A stretch of DNA of 64,000 bases from Cyanobacteriota bacterium. GTDB lineage: Bacteria; Cyanobacteriota; Cyanobacteriia; Thermostichales; Thermostichaceae. Positions 9,224-20,491 of this stretch are shown here, one piece after another. Each line of letters opens with the position of its first letter. Position 1 is the stretch's first letter. The stretch is taken from assembly GCA_033764955.1 (NCBI GenBank), contig JANRIL010000028.1, positions 15,165 through 79,164 on the forward strand, written 5' to 3'. Under the pieces are notes generated by a model. That model ran no database searches. It worked only from the letters and a program-made list of their open reading frames with translations, and was not told the DNA's origin. The translations under genes and the position numbers were made by a program.

Positions 9224-11233
9224 TTAAGAGGCAGAAGAATTGGTCTGAGATGGAGTTTGAGGAGCGGCTTGGGCGGGATCCTCGCCCCAAAATTGGGGAT
9301 GAAAATAGTGATAGATCTGCTGAGCGAGTTTGGGGCCGATGCCAGCCACTTGCGCCAATTCATTGAGCTGGGCGGTTTGAATGCGGCCTATCGAGCGAAA
9401 TTCTTCCATCAACAGTTTTTGGCGATGTTTGCCCAGACCGGGAATATCGTCCAAAGTTGAGCGATGTTGGCGGACTTGCCGTTGTTGGCGGTGAAAGGTG
9501 AGGGCAAATCTGTGGGCTTCATCCCGCAACCGTTGCAGGAGTAAGCGAGCCGGATCATCGGCAGCCAGCTTGATGGATAAGGGATCCCCTGGCCGGAAAA
9601 TTTCCTCTTCCCGTTTGGCTAAACCGATGATCGGCAGATGGTCTAGCCCCAGATCCGCCAGCACGGCACAGACGGCGGCCAGTTGACCTTTGCCCCCATC
9701 AATCAGGATCAGATCCGGTTGATCTTGGGATCCCATGCGGCTAAAGCGGCGGCGCGCCACCTCAGCATGGCTGGCAAAATCGTCCGAATGGCCGGTGCGC
9801 ACCTCAGGGTTACGAATTTTGTAGCGGCGATAATGCTGTTTGGCGGGTAATCCATCTAAAAAAACCACTTGACTGGCGACCGCATCGGATCCCTGGATGT
9901 GGGAAATATCGTAGCCCTCCAGTCGATGGGGGGGGGCAGGCAGATCCAACACCTCCGCCAACCGCTCCAACGCCTGAGCATCACGGTCGGCGAGGCGCTG
10001 GGTGCGAGCCAGTTCTAACTGGGCGTTGCGCTCCACCATCTCGATCAATTCTGCTTTACTTTGGCGTTGGGGAGCCACCAGTGTGACCTTGCGCCCTTTG
10101 CTTTGGCTGAGCCACTCCTCCAGTAAATCCGCTTCGGGGAGGGGGTATTGGGTCAAGATTTCTGCGGGTATTTCGATGGGATCACAGTGCTGGTAATGTT
10201 CCTCCAAAACTTTTTGCAAAATCAGCGCCGGATCATCCCCCTGCTGATCAGCAATAAAGCCCAGACGACCCACTAATTTGCCGGCGCGCACCTGAAACAA
10301 CTGAATACAAGCGCGGGTTTCATTCATGGCCAGAGCTAGGGCATCCCGCGAAACGGTGGAATTGGGCAGAGAGACTTTTTGTGAGGATCCCAACTGCTCC
10401 AGACCGCGAATTTGATCCCGCAAGCGGGCGGCAGCCTCGTAGTTTTCCTGCTCCGCCGCCTGCACCATCCGTTCCTGTAAGGTGGTGATCAGGGCTTCCG
10501 TTTGCCCCTGAAAAATCATCGCGACCTGCTGCACCGTCTGGGCATAGTCGGCAGGACTGATCAACTGTTGGCAAACCCCCGGACAACGCCCCAGGTCATA
10601 GTTGAGGCAGGTGCGATCTTTGTAGAGGGGCTTCCAACGCTGCCGTAGCGGAAAAATGCGTTTGACCAAACCCAAGGTGTAGCGCAATAACCCCACATCA
10701 GTGTAGGGTCCGTAGTATTTGTCGGCTTTGCGATCTTCTAAGGAAGGGGATGGTGGGAAGGGGTGAGGGATCCCTGGTTGTTTTGCTTTGCCTTTCGATT
10801 TGGCAGAAGAGGCTGAGGGGTGTTTTTGGCTATTGGGGGATTCGAGGCGGCGGTGCCGGGTAATCAACAATTGCGGATAAGCCTGCGACCAGGTGATACA
10901 CAAATAGGGATATTTTTTATCGTCTTTAAGCAAAACATTGTAGGGAGGCTGATGGGTTTTGATCAGGTTGTCTTCGAGGGCTAGTGCCTCCGATTCAGTA
11001 TCTGTGACAATAAACTCAATCTCACAAACCTGGATCACCATTCGCTGAATGCGGGGAGAAAGATCACTGGTAAATCGGAAGTAGGATCTCACCCGCGAGC
11101 GCAGTCGTTTGGATTTGCCCACATACAAAATGTTATCGCCGTGATCCCGCATCAAATAAACCCCAGGTTCAGCCGGGATCTCCTTGAGACGAGCCTCCAA
11201 CACTTCTCGGTTTTGTAGGAGCGGTAATGACAT
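9224..11233 (-). CDS. uvrC: Excinuclease ABC subunit C
   Basis: GIY-YIG domain ([17 protein letters not shown]), UVR coil, [20 protein letters not shown], HhH; ATG at 11233 chosen. Confidence 0.96.
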   Translation of the reverse strand: MSLPLLQNREVLEARLKEIPAEPGVYLMRDHGDNILYVGKSKRLRSRVRSYFRFTSDLSPRIQRMVIQVCEIEFIVTDTESEALALEDNLIKTHQPPYNVLLKDDKKYPYLCITWSQAYPQLLITRHRRLESPNSQKHPSASSAKSKGKAKQPGIPHPFPPSPSLEDRKADKYYGPYTDVGLLRYTLGLVKRIFPLRQRWKPLYKDRTCLNYDLGRCPGVCQQLISPADYAQTVQQVAMIFQGQTEALITTLQERMVQAAEQENYEAAARLRDQIRGLEQLGSSQKVSLPNSTVSRDALALAMNETRACIQLFQVRAGKLVGRLGFIADQQGDDPALILQKVLEEHYQHCDPIEIPAEILTQYPLPEADLLEEWLSQSKGRKVTLVAPQRQSKAELIEMVERNAQLELARTQRLADRDAQALERLAEVLDLPAPPHRLEGYDISHIQGSDAVASQVVFLDGLPAKQHYRRYKIRNPEVRTGHSDDFASHAEVARRRFSRMGSQDQPDLILIDGGKGQLAAVCAVLADLGLDHLPIIGLAKREEEIFRPGDPLSIKLAADDPARLLLQRLRDEAHRFALTFHRQQRQVRQHRSTLDDIPGLGKHRQKLLMEEFRSIGRIQTAQLNELAQVAGIGPKLAQQIYHYFHPQFWGEDPAQAAPQTPSQTNSSAS

Positions 11234-11359
11234 AGATAGCAAGGTAACAGAAGCAACCCATACGGACAAGGGATCCCTCGGTTGCCCCACCCACGGGATC
11301 CTTGTTCTCTGCTAAATAAATTGCAAATAAATGATGGAAATGGTGTCTCTCCCAACTAT

Positions 11360-11785
11360 CTAAATGGTACGGGTTGCACGGGGTAAGCTAGTCAGCTTAG
11401 GGCGGGTATGCTGAGCCGCTGCCAACTGAGTGATGCGCGGGGCTAGGGCTTGCTGGCTGGCTAGGGAGCGGATGCTGGCCGCCGTTGGGGTGGGTTTACT
11501 AGCTAGGGAAGAAGGTTGGGTAGGGGCAGGAGGTTTGCCAAGAAAAGGGGAGACTTCCTGAATAACCTGGGGTGCTGGCGGTGGAACGGGGGTGGGCAAC
11601 GATTCCTTAGGCGGAGGGGGGGAGGCAAGGGTCGGAGCTACCACAGGCTGGGGTGGGGGGACTGGATCGGCAGGAGCCTGGGGTCTGAGGGGCTTCCGCC
11701 GCAATGGAGCGGTGGGAGGATCAGCAGGGGGAGCCGGATTGTTAGCAAACCAACCTTTGATTTTTTCTATCCAGTCTTTCACCAT
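11360..11785 (-). CDS. Proline-rich hypothetical protein
   Basis: Amphipathic N-terminus followed by a Pro-rich low-complexity region; fills the hrcA-uvrC gap. Confidence 0.55.
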   Translation of the reverse strand: MVKDWIEKIKGWFANNPAPPADPPTAPLRRKPLRPQAPADPVPPPQPVVAPTLASPPPPKESLPTPVPPPAPQVIQEVSPFLGKPPAPTQPSSLASKPTPTAASIRSLASQQALAPRITQLAAAQHTRPKLTSLPRATRTI

Positions 11786-11980
11786 AATCCCCTCACCCTT
11801 GCGTCAAAAGTGGATGGCCGATGTCCAGTTGCCAGCGATGGGAAGGAAAACTCCTATGGGATCCCAACCCTATCACCCCAACTATTGGCTATCCTAAGCC
11901 AGAAAGCGACTGGCCTACCCTCTCTCTATCCTACGACTTCACTCGCGGTCACTGACTCATCTCCGCCGCTAGGCTTGAGC

Positions 11981-13078
11981 CTAAGCCAAAGCATTCGATA
12001 AATAACCCGCTAGAGCCTGCACCGAGGCGATGGCTTGTTCGTAGAGCATCCGCGTCGGCCCCAATAAGCTAATGCTGCCGAGGGGGGCTTCCCCACGATG
12101 GTAGGTGGTGCCAATCAAGGTGCAATGGCGAATCGGTTCCAGAGGATTTTCGGTGCCAATATAGACCACCACCTGTCCGGGTTGATGAGGGCTGAGAACT
12201 TCCCCCAATGCTTCCTGGTTGGTTTCCAAAAGTTGGGCTACCGCTTCCACCTGCTGAGTTTGGGCAAACTCCGGTTGCCGCATCAACTCCACCATACCCG
12301 CACTAAACAAAGAACCGAGGGAAGGCTTTAGGCACTTGCGGGCAATGGTTTTCAGCAGTTGACGCAGCCACTGGGCATAGGCGCGCCATTCGCGGTCGAG
12401 ATCTAACCAGCTCAAGTCCTGAAGCTGAGCAAAGGTTTTCCCCCGCAACTTTAGATTCAAAAAATTGTTGAGCACCTGCAATTCTTCATCCGCTAGTTCC
12501 CCCTGCATCGGCCTAGAGTGGGATGGGGATCCCTCGGTTTCTCCATCCGATAACGAGACCCCAATCGAATGGGTTTGGTAGGAGTCTGTAACCACCACCA
12601 CCATCACCCGTTGTCCCTCCAAACGCAGCAATTGCAGATGCCGGATTGCCACTCCTTCCGCTTGGGGAGGGGTAATTAATGCCATGCAGCCACTCAAACT
12701 AGCCAAGATCTGAGCTGCCCGCCGCAGCAGACTGTCGAGATCTTCACCCCAGTGCTCTCCCAGTTGCAGGGCTAATTCCTGTTGTAGGCGGTGGGGATTG
12801 GCGGTACTACCCTCTCCCAGGGCAATGGAGCGCAACACCCCATTCACATAAACTCGATACCCCGAATCCGAAGGAACACGCCCCGCTGAAGTATGGGGCT
12901 GAAACAATAATCCCCCCTGTTCCAGAAGCGCCAAATCGTTGCGAATGGTAGCCGTGCTCACCCCCAAATCAAAGTTTTCGGCCAGAGACCTAGACCCAAC
13001 CGGTTCCGCCGTCGCAATGTAGCTACGAACCGTTGCCCAAAGAATCTTCTGTTGGCGAGGAGTCAGGGTGTGTTTCAT
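11981..13078 (-). CDS. hrcA: Heat-inducible transcription repressor
   Basis: YIATAEPVGS, SATIRND-like, QPHTSAGRVPSDSGYR, GPTRM. Confidence 0.96.
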   Translation of the reverse strand: MKHTLTPRQQKILWATVRSYIATAEPVGSRSLAENFDLGVSTATIRNDLALLEQGGLLFQPHTSAGRVPSDSGYRVYVNGVLRSIALGEGSTANPHRLQQELALQLGEHWGEDLDSLLRRAAQILASLSGCMALITPPQAEGVAIRHLQLLRLEGQRVMVVVVTDSYQTHSIGVSLSDGETEGSPSHSRPMQGELADEELQVLNNFLNLKLRGKTFAQLQDLSWLDLDREWRAYAQWLRQLLKTIARKCLKPSLGSLFSAGMVELMRQPEFAQTQQVEAVAQLLETNQEALGEVLSPHQPGQVVVYIGTENPLEPIRHCTLIGTTYHRGEAPLGSISLLGPTRMLYEQAIASVQALAGYLSNALA

Positions 13079-13519
13079 GGCTACAACCAGGCAGGGATCC
13101 CACAGGGAATGGAAGGAAGCTTAAATGAAACCGAAAGATAACTGACTGATGGCTTTTTTATGCAGGACCTCAGCCAAGGTCATGTGGTGATATTGTAGAC
13201 GGTTTTTTTGAAGCCCAGGTTGCTAAACGTGGCAAATCTGTCGTTGAATGGTCAAAAAATGTAACGTTTTGCAAATATAATGAATCATATTGGTTAATAC
13301 CAAGCTGATTCAATCTAGTCCAAGGATCCCAGTCACAAGCGTATCCTGGAACGCCGTTGGCGTGGGATAATTTGACCGTTCTCTGGTGTTTATGACTGAC
13401 GTTGGGTTTGATCCAGTGCTTCACATTCGTATTGTTTGGTTAGCGGATATCGGGTATTTACTGCATGTGGTTCCTGAGCTTTTGTGCCCTCCTCTAGTTG
13501 CTCTCTGCGGGTGAGCTTG

Positions 13520-14395
13520 ATGACCTCCCTCAGCCAATCCATCAACCTTTGTCGCCAGATCACGGCCAAGTATGCCAAGACCTTTTACTTGGGATCCTTG
13601 CTATTGCCTCGACCCAAACGCCATGCCATTTGGGCTATTTATGCTTGGCTACGGCAAACCGATGAGTTGATCGATGGACTCGATATGCCCACCAATCAAC
13701 CCCAAGTCACCCGCAGCCATCTGGAGGTTTGGTCCGATCAACTGGAAAAACTGTTTGCCACGGGAGAAGCCACCCACCCCACCGATATTGCCTTTCGGGA
13801 TGCCATTGAGCGCTATCAGCTTTCTATCCAGCCCTTTCGAGATATGGTGCTGGGTCAGCAGATGGATCTCGATACCAATCGCTACCCCACCTGGCAAGCC
13901 TTGCACCTCTACTGTTATCGGGTAGCTGGCACGGTCGGGTTGATGTCCTCAGAAATTATGGGGTTTGTCCCCGCCGAGGATGGAACCCAGGAAGCGGTGG
14001 CACTGGGGATCGCCATGCAATTGACCAATATCTTGCGGGATGTCGGGGAAGATGCGCGGCGGGGGCGCATTTATCTTCCCTTAGAAGATCTCAAGCAATT
14101 TAACTACTCGGAAAAAGATCTCTTTAACTACGTTGTGGATGAACGGTGGATAGCCTTGATGGACTACGAAATCAAGCGCGCCCGCCAGTATTATGCTGAG
14201 GCGGAAGCCGGCATCCCAAAACTGAGTCCCGATGCCCGCTGGCCGGTGGCGGCTTCCCTCATGCTCTATCGCCAGATCCTTAATGCCATCGAGCGCAACC
14301 AATATCAGGTCTTTCGTACCCGTGCCTATGTCTCGACGCTGGGCAAAGCCTTAGCCCTACCGATTTCGTGGTGGAAGGCACAGTATCACTACTAG
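13520..14395 (+). CDS. crtB: Phytoene synthase
   Basis: AKTFYLG, DELID, YCYRVAGTVG, QLTNILRDVGED. Confidence 0.95.
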   Translation: MTSLSQSINLCRQITAKYAKTFYLGSLLLPRPKRHAIWAIYAWLRQTDELIDGLDMPTNQPQVTRSHLEVWSDQLEKLFATGEATHPTDIAFRDAIERYQLSIQPFRDMVLGQQMDLDTNRYPTWQALHLYCYRVAGTVGLMSSEIMGFVPAEDGTQEAVALGIAMQLTNILRDVGEDARRGRIYLPLEDLKQFNYSEKDLFNYVVDERWIALMDYEIKRARQYYAEAEAGIPKLSPDARWPVAASLMLYRQILNAIERNQYQVFRTRAYVSTLGKALALPISWWKAQYHY

Positions 14396-14446
14396 ATCAC
14401 CCCCAGTAGATCGCTACTAGTCATTTTCCCCGCTAAACACTAACTT

Positions 14447-15283
14447 TTGACCCAACCATTTATGTCACCGCTTTCCCATTCCCCCGCCCAGGCTATCGTG
14501 ACCATCGCCGCCGATAGCTTGACGGTCTTCTGGCGTGACTGGCTGGATCTGCGGGTGCGGGTTTGGCAGATTTTGGCTTCGGGGTTAGTGGCTCCCCTCA
14601 TCTACATCATGGCCTTTGGGGTCGGCCTGGGGGGATCCCTCAACACAGGGGCGCTCAATACGATTGCGGGGGAGTCGGGGGCGGGATCCTACTTGCGTTT
14701 TATTCTGCCCGGAATGGTGGCGCTCTCGGCAATGACCATTAGCTTTGCAGGCACCACCTTTTCCATCTGCGGGGCACGTTTGTTTACCAAAAGCTTCGAG
14801 GAAATTTTGATGATGCCGGTGCATCCCCTATCCCTGCACATCGGCAAGATGCTGGCGGGCATGACCCGTGGCATGATTACGGCGTTGGGGGTGCTGCTAG
14901 TCGGGGTGTTGACCACCCAAGCCTGGGGGTTGCTCCATCCCTTAGCTTTATTGATTCTGGTGCTAAATTGTGCGGTGTTTTCGGGGATTGGGGTTTTGAT
15001 CGGCTTGAATGTTCCTTCTCTAGAAAGTGTGGGAGTGGTTACGAATTTTTTGATCACCCCTATGTCTTTTTTGGGGGCAACCTTTTTCGATCCGGCGCAA
15101 CTGCCTTGGTTGATGCAGATTTTGGTCTACTGTTTACCCCTCTCCTATGCCAGCATCGGGATCCGAGCGGCTGCCTATGCGCCTCTCAGCCAGTTTCCCT
15201 GGTATACCATAGCGGCTCTGCTAGCAATGGCTGCCGGACTCACCGCCTGGGGAGGGTATCAGTTTTCTCATCAAAAAGACTAA
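14447..15283 (+). CDS. ABC-2 type exporter permease
   Basis: Six TM helices, YLRFILPG, PMSFLGATFF; no adjacent ATPase gene. Confidence 0.85.
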   Translation: MTQPFMSPLSHSPAQAIVTIAADSLTVFWRDWLDLRVRVWQILASGLVAPLIYIMAFGVGLGGSLNTGALNTIAGESGAGSYLRFILPGMVALSAMTISFAGTTFSICGARLFTKSFEEILMMPVHPLSLHIGKMLAGMTRGMITALGVLLVGVLTTQAWGLLHPLALLILVLNCAVFSGIGVLIGLNVPSLESVGVVTNFLITPMSFLGATFFDPAQLPWLMQILVYCLPLSYASIGIRAAAYAPLSQFPWYTIAALLAMAAGLTAWGGYQFSHQKD

Positions 15284-15313
15284 GTTCTCTTGATCTTTAA
15301 TGTAAGCAGCGCA

Positions 15314-15400
15314 GCATAACAACCCGCTGGGGCGGATGGGCGAAAGATTCTGGGTGTTGATGCAAAGGTTATCTATCGCCCCTCAGCTAAGCCGTTCAGC
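15314..15400 (+). repeat. Solitary degenerate integron attC-like site
   Basis: GCATAAC-5nt-GCTGGGGCGG ... CCCCTCAGC-6nt-GTTCAGC; R''/L''/L'/R' spacing typical of attC. Confidence 0.55.
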
Positions 15401-15460
15401 AATTGATCGACAGCTTAAGGGAGATTAGGGAATCGGTACTTCAACATTCCTGCCGGAGCC

Positions 15461-16852
15461 TCACGCCCGTTCAAAATAGCGGGCACGCTCCCAACTGGTC
15501 ACCACCTGATCAAATTTGTGTTGCTCGGTGCGGAAGAAATGCAGGTAATGCTCGATCACAGCTTCCCCAAACACCTGCCTTGCCCAGCTACTTTTTTCCA
15601 TCTCCTGAATCGCTTCCGGCAGGCTGTGGGGGACATGCGCTAGCTCCTGAGCGGCATAGACATCCCCCTCAAACATACCGGGTGGTTCGATGTGGTTGAG
15701 AATGCCATCCAAACCTGCTGCTAAGGTTGCTGCAAAACCCAGATAAGGGTTGGCATCCGCGCCGGGGGCACGACATTCAATCCGCAAACTGGATCCATGT
15801 CCCACCACCCGAAATCCCGCCGTGCGATTGTCATAGGACCAGGCAATGCCGGTTGGGGCAAAGGATCCCGCCACGTAGCGTTTGTAGGAAGCAGGATAGG
15901 GAGCATAGAAGGGGAAAATCTCCCGGATATGGGTCATCCATCCCCCCAAAAACCAGCGAAAGAGGGGACTGCAATGGATCGATCCCAAAGACTCTTCCCC
16001 AGGAAAGAGGGAGCGTTCCCCACGGGGATCCCAAAGGCTGGCGTGCAGGTGCATACTAGATCCAGCATAGCGCTCATCCCATTTCGCCATGAAGGTGATG
16101 GCGGTTTGGCGCTGCCAAGCAATTTCTTTCGCGGCGTGTTTATAGAGAACATGGCGGTCGGCCATCTCCAAGAAAGGCGCATAGCGCAGGTTGATCTCCT
16201 GCTGCCCTGGCCCCCACTCTCCCTTAGAAAATTCCACAGGGATCCCTGACCGTTGCAGGTGGTGGCGGATGGCTCCGATCACAAACTCTTCTTTGGTTCC
16301 CTGCAAAATGTGATAGTCCTCGATATAGTCGCCAATGGGTTCGGGATCCACATATTTTTTGCGGCGGACTCGCTCCAGTGACTCGGCAAACACATAGAGT
16401 TCCAACTCAGAGGCTCCCATTGGCAAATAGCCCAGCTCGGCAGCTTTTTGGATCTGTTTTTTTAGGATGGTGCGGGGAGCCACCTCGATCAACCAGTCCT
16501 CTTCTTCGTTATAAAGATCACAGAGGACAATCGCCGTTTTATCCAGCCAGGAGGCCGTGCGGAGGGTAGTCAGATCCGGCATCATCCGCATATCACCGTA
16601 GCCACTCGCCCAACTGGTGAAGGCATAGCCCGGAACGGGATCCATCTCCATATCGCAGGCCAGCAAATAATCACAGGCATGGACGCCATGGCCCAAAACG
16701 TCGCTGACAAAATAATCTCCGATGATCCGTTTGCCCATCAGTCGTCCATACAAATCAGGAAAAACTGTTAGCACCGTTTCAATTTGTTCGTTAGCGATGA
16801 GCGTTTTCAGGGTATCGACATCTAACATGCCGCGAACGGAAGGAGCATTCAT
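15461..16852 (-). CDS. Glutamine synthetase-like gamma-glutamyl-amine ligase (GlnA4/PuuA type)
   Basis: DLYGRLMGKR, ELE, EWGPGQQEIN, GSSMHLH, DNRT, RIECRAPGADANPYL. Confidence 0.9.
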   Translation of the reverse strand: MNAPSVRGMLDVDTLKTLIANEQIETVLTVFPDLYGRLMGKRIIGDYFVSDVLGHGVHACDYLLACDMEMDPVPGYAFTSWASGYGDMRMMPDLTTLRTASWLDKTAIVLCDLYNEEEDWLIEVAPRTILKKQIQKAAELGYLPMGASELELYVFAESLERVRRKKYVDPEPIGDYIEDYHILQGTKEEFVIGAIRHHLQRSGIPVEFSKGEWGPGQQEINLRYAPFLEMADRHVLYKHAAKEIAWQRQTAITFMAKWDERYAGSSMHLHASLWDPRGERSLFPGEESLGSIHCSPLFRWFLGGWMTHIREIFPFYAPYPASYKRYVAGSFAPTGIAWSYDNRTAGFRVVGHGSSLRIECRAPGADANPYLGFAATLAAGLDGILNHIEPPGMFEGDVYAAQELAHVPHSLPEAIQEMEKSSWARQVFGEAVIEHYLHFFRTEQHKFDQVVTSWERARYFERA

Positions 16853-16880
16853 GATGTTTTTGTTATTGGGTTAGAGGTGG

Positions 16881-18323
16881 TTAGCTCTGCGTTGAGATAA
16901 AAACACTTTTCCATTCGCTGTAGTGATCCAAAACGGGCAAGCCTAGCTCCCGTCCCAAACCACTTTGCTTGACACCGCCAAAGGGAGCCTCTAGATGCAC
17001 GCTATGTCCGGTGTTGATGGACAAAACCCCCGTTTCGATAGCCCGCGCTACCCGCAGGGCACGCCCGATATCCTGCGTCCAAATCGAGCCGGAAAGGCCA
17101 TAGAGGCTGTGGTTGGCAATCGCAATCGCCTCCGCTTCGCTGGCAAAAGGAATCGCACAGACGACCGGCCCAAAGATCTCCTCCTGAGCAATCCGCATCT
17201 GTGGATCCACCTCGGCAAAGATAGCGGGACGCAAGTAGGCTCCGCCCGCCAACGCCGGATCGAGAGGGGGATCCCCACCGCAGACCAGGCGTGCCCCCTC
17301 CTGCACCCCCAGCCGCAGATAGCCCTGCACCCGTTGCCGATGATTGAGGGACACTAGGGATCCCAACTCGGTTGCTTCGGCGAGGGGATGACCCAGTTTG
17401 AGGGCTTGGAATTGAACGGCCAGCCGCTCCACAAATTCCTCGTAAAGGGGTTGCTCAATCAACAACCGGCTGCGGGCGCAACAATCCTGTCCGGCATTGC
17501 CCAAAACACTGTTCATGGCCGCCGGCACAGCTTTTTCGAGGTTGGCATCGGCAAAGATCAGATTGGCGGACTTGCCCCCCAACTCCAGCGTTACCCGCTT
17601 GATGTCCGCCGCCGCCACCCCCATGACATGGGATCCCATCTGGGTGGATCCGGTGAAGGAGATTTTTCGCACCAGGGGATGCCGCACCAGTGCTTCTCCC
17701 GCCGTCCCGCCGGATCCCGGCACTACATTCAAGACGCCGGGGGGAATGCCAGCTTGGAGGGCTAACTCCCCTAAGCGCAGCGCCGTCAAGGGAGTTAGCG
17801 AAGCGGGTTTGAGTACCACCGTGTTACCCATGGCTAAAGCGGGAGCCAGCTTCCAGGCGGTGATGGCAATGGGAAAATTCCAAGGGGCAATCAGTCCACA
17901 GACCCCCAGAGGTTCCCGAAAGGTCATACTAATCCCGCTAGCCGCCACCGGAATCGTTTGTCCTCCCACCTTATCAATTGCTCCGGCATAGTATTGGAAG
18001 CAATCCGCCGCCAATTGCACCTCTTCGCGAGCCTCTCGAATCGGTTTGCCCACATTACGGCTTTCTAGCTGTGCCAGCTCCTCCACCTCCTGGCGGATCC
18101 GGGAAGCCAGATCCAGCAAAATCTGGGATCGGCGACGGCTGTTCAAGGAGCGCCAGGATCCCTCTCGAAAGGCGTGATCGGCAGCCTGCACCGCCACCTC
18201 CATATCTTCGGCTCCACCAGAGGCTACCGTGATCCAGACTTGCCCAGTGGCGGGATCCACCAGATCCGTCGTAGCGCCTGTGACCGAGCCGAGCTGCTTG
18301 CCTCCGATCCACAATCCTTCCAT
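16881..18323 (-). CDS. Aldehyde dehydrogenase
   Basis: PWNFP, FTGST, LELGGK, NAGQDC, EEIFGPV. Confidence 0.95.
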   Translation of the reverse strand: MEGLWIGGKQLGSVTGATTDLVDPATGQVWITVASGGAEDMEVAVQAADHAFREGSWRSLNSRRRSQILLDLASRIRQEVEELAQLESRNVGKPIREAREEVQLAADCFQYYAGAIDKVGGQTIPVAASGISMTFREPLGVCGLIAPWNFPIAITAWKLAPALAMGNTVVLKPASLTPLTALRLGELALQAGIPPGVLNVVPGSGGTAGEALVRHPLVRKISFTGSTQMGSHVMGVAAADIKRVTLELGGKSANLIFADANLEKAVPAAMNSVLGNAGQDCCARSRLLIEQPLYEEFVERLAVQFQALKLGHPLAEATELGSLVSLNHRQRVQGYLRLGVQEGARLVCGGDPPLDPALAGGAYLRPAIFAEVDPQMRIAQEEIFGPVVCAIPFASEAEAIAIANHSLYGLSGSIWTQDIGRALRVARAIETGVLSINTGHSVHLEAPFGGVKQSGLGRELGLPVLDHYSEWKSVFISTQS

Positions 18324-18352
18324 ATAACAACCCTTAATCCCTTTGTCTCAGG

Positions 18353-19879
18353 CTATTTGCTCATGGGCATTTCGCCGGGATGCTCAATTTCATGCATCGC
18401 CGAAGCCACCAGGGCGCTTTCCTCTTCGGGGGCTTGCGCCACCAGTCGCTTGCTGCTGTAGAAGACGAAGTAAAGGATACTAACCAGCAAAAAGGCCACA
18501 CATCCATAAACTCCAGGGCGATAGGATTCCACCGCGAAGCAAGATATCAAAGCAATCACCGCCAAAATTGCCCCCACCACTGCCCCCGGGATCCCGACCG
18601 GACTGACATAGGGACGGGGCATCTGCGGACGCTTCATCCGTAGGGCAATAAAGCTCAAGAAATTGAGGGTATAGGTAATTAAGGCTCCAAACACTGCCAT
18701 ATTCAGGAGTGCTGCTCCCACACTCCCCGGCAGCAAACTAATTAACAACGCACAGCCAAAGGCCACCACTCCCCCCAAAATCAGCGCCACATGGGGGGTC
18801 TGAAAACGGCTGGTCAAGGAAATCCAACGGGGGAAATAGCCCGCCCGCGACAGGGCAAACAAGACCCGCCCGTAGGCATAGATAATGGTGTGAAAGCTAG
18901 CAATCAACCCCGTCAAGGCAATCAACGTTAAGGCTACAGAAGCAAAACCGGATCCCAACACTGCTGTAAAGCCAGCTTCCAAAGGAGACAGCGAAGCCCC
19001 AATAGCGGCGGCTCCCCGCAGCACTTCCCCGGTTTCCTCCACCGTCACCTCCGCCGGGATCCCAGAGTTAAAGACCAACACCAATAACGACAACCCCAAC
19101 AGGGTAAAGATGCCTGTCACCATCGCTTTGGGAATATCCCGCGAGACGTCATGGGCTTCTTCTCCCGCCAACGGCAACTGCTCGATCGCCAGATAAAACC
19201 AGATGGCAAAGGGCAAAGCCGCCAACACCCCTCCCCATCCCTTCGGCAGCCAGGTGGCAGATTGCCCCGGATCTGGCTCAATCGTAAACAAAAGGGCAGG
19301 ATCAAATTTGCCACTGCCCAGTGTCACCAAGACAAAAACCCCCAGTACCACCATCGCCATGACAGTGATGACCAGACCAAACTTGAGGGTGAGTTCTACC
19401 CCTAAAATATTAATGGTGACAAACACCACATAGGCCAATAGCCACCACACCCAGACGGGCACACCAGGAATGAGAGCCTGCATATAGCCCCCAATTCCCA
19501 CCACTACCACAGCGGTAGTCACCACATACTCGATGACATCCGTGACGCCGTTAATGTAGCCCCCCAAGGGTCCAAAAGCGTTGCGGGTAAAGGAATAGGA
19601 TCCCCCAGCATGGGGCAGCGCCGCCGACATCTCCGCCATGCTAAACACCAAGCAGAGATACATGATTGCCATCAGCACCGTCGCAATGGTTAATCCCCAA
19701 AAACCACCCGCCGCCAGCCCAAAATTCCATCCAAAAAAATCCCCGGAGATAACTGCCCCAACGCCCAATGCCCACAGGAGCACCCAGCCAGCCCCCCGCC
19801 GTAATTGTCGTTTTTGCAGATACTCACTATCGACATCTTCGTAGCGAGCCATTCCGACCGATTTGGGTTGTTCAGACAT
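18353..19879 (-). CDS. eat: Ethanolamine permease-like APC transporter
   Basis: LWALGVGAVISGDFFGWNFG and FAIWFYLAIE motifs characteristic of the Eat family. Confidence 0.8.
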   Translation of the reverse strand: MSEQPKSVGMARYEDVDSEYLQKRQLRRGAGWVLLWALGVGAVISGDFFGWNFGLAAGGFWGLTIATVLMAIMYLCLVFSMAEMSAALPHAGGSYSFTRNAFGPLGGYINGVTDVIEYVVTTAVVVVGIGGYMQALIPGVPVWVWWLLAYVVFVTINILGVELTLKFGLVITVMAMVVLGVFVLVTLGSGKFDPALLFTIEPDPGQSATWLPKGWGGVLAALPFAIWFYLAIEQLPLAGEEAHDVSRDIPKAMVTGIFTLLGLSLLVLVFNSGIPAEVTVEETGEVLRGAAAIGASLSPLEAGFTAVLGSGFASVALTLIALTGLIASFHTIIYAYGRVLFALSRAGYFPRWISLTSRFQTPHVALILGGVVAFGCALLISLLPGSVGAALLNMAVFGALITYTLNFLSFIALRMKRPQMPRPYVSPVGIPGAVVGAILAVIALISCFAVESYRPGVYGCVAFLLVSILYFVFYSSKRLVAQAPEEESALVASAMHEIEHPGEMPMSK

Positions 19880-20491
19880 GAGCCTTAGCCTCTCAACGAT
19901 TAGGTTATACCAAGCATCGGGATCCCGTAGGATCTTCAAGACTTTCTGAGACGAAACAAACAGCAGGGACTTCCTTCGCTACCAGAATTAGAGTTAGACA
20001 GTGCTTATATTTAATGTTTAGTAGCTAACCAAATTTACCCGAAGGAATGGATTGTGGCTGAGGCAACTATCAATTCTTTTGGAATCTTTCAGGATCAATG
20101 GGTGGATCCAGATGGATCCCTAACAAAACCAAAACCTAAACTTGCCCAATCCGCAAATTTACGCATACTTCTCCAGGATTTATCGGCTCTGGATGAATGG
20201 ATATCTTGAGGTGGGGTATGACACTGCTGAGAGAGTCCCCTTGGGAGAGAGAAATTGAGGAAAGTGAGATCCGGATTGGTAAACAAGAAGGGATCCTACT
20301 GGGGAAACAGCGCGGATACACTAGCTCAGGCTCACCTGGATCATTGTGACCCTTAACCCCCACGACTCATTCACCAAGCGCTATCGGATTGGCTAGGAGG
20401 AAGAGCGGGAACTGCTTAAGGATCCCTCACTTCTGGCCGAGGAGAAAGGATATGCTAAATGATCGCAAAAATCATCGGGACAAAAAACCTC

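Noticed and set aside
13079..13519. CIRCE element upstream of hrcA
   Set aside because: No TTAGCACTC-N9-GAGTGCTAA match seen.
19940..20490. NtcA box for the ethanolamine-like cluster
   Set aside because: No GTA-N8-TAC found on manual reading.
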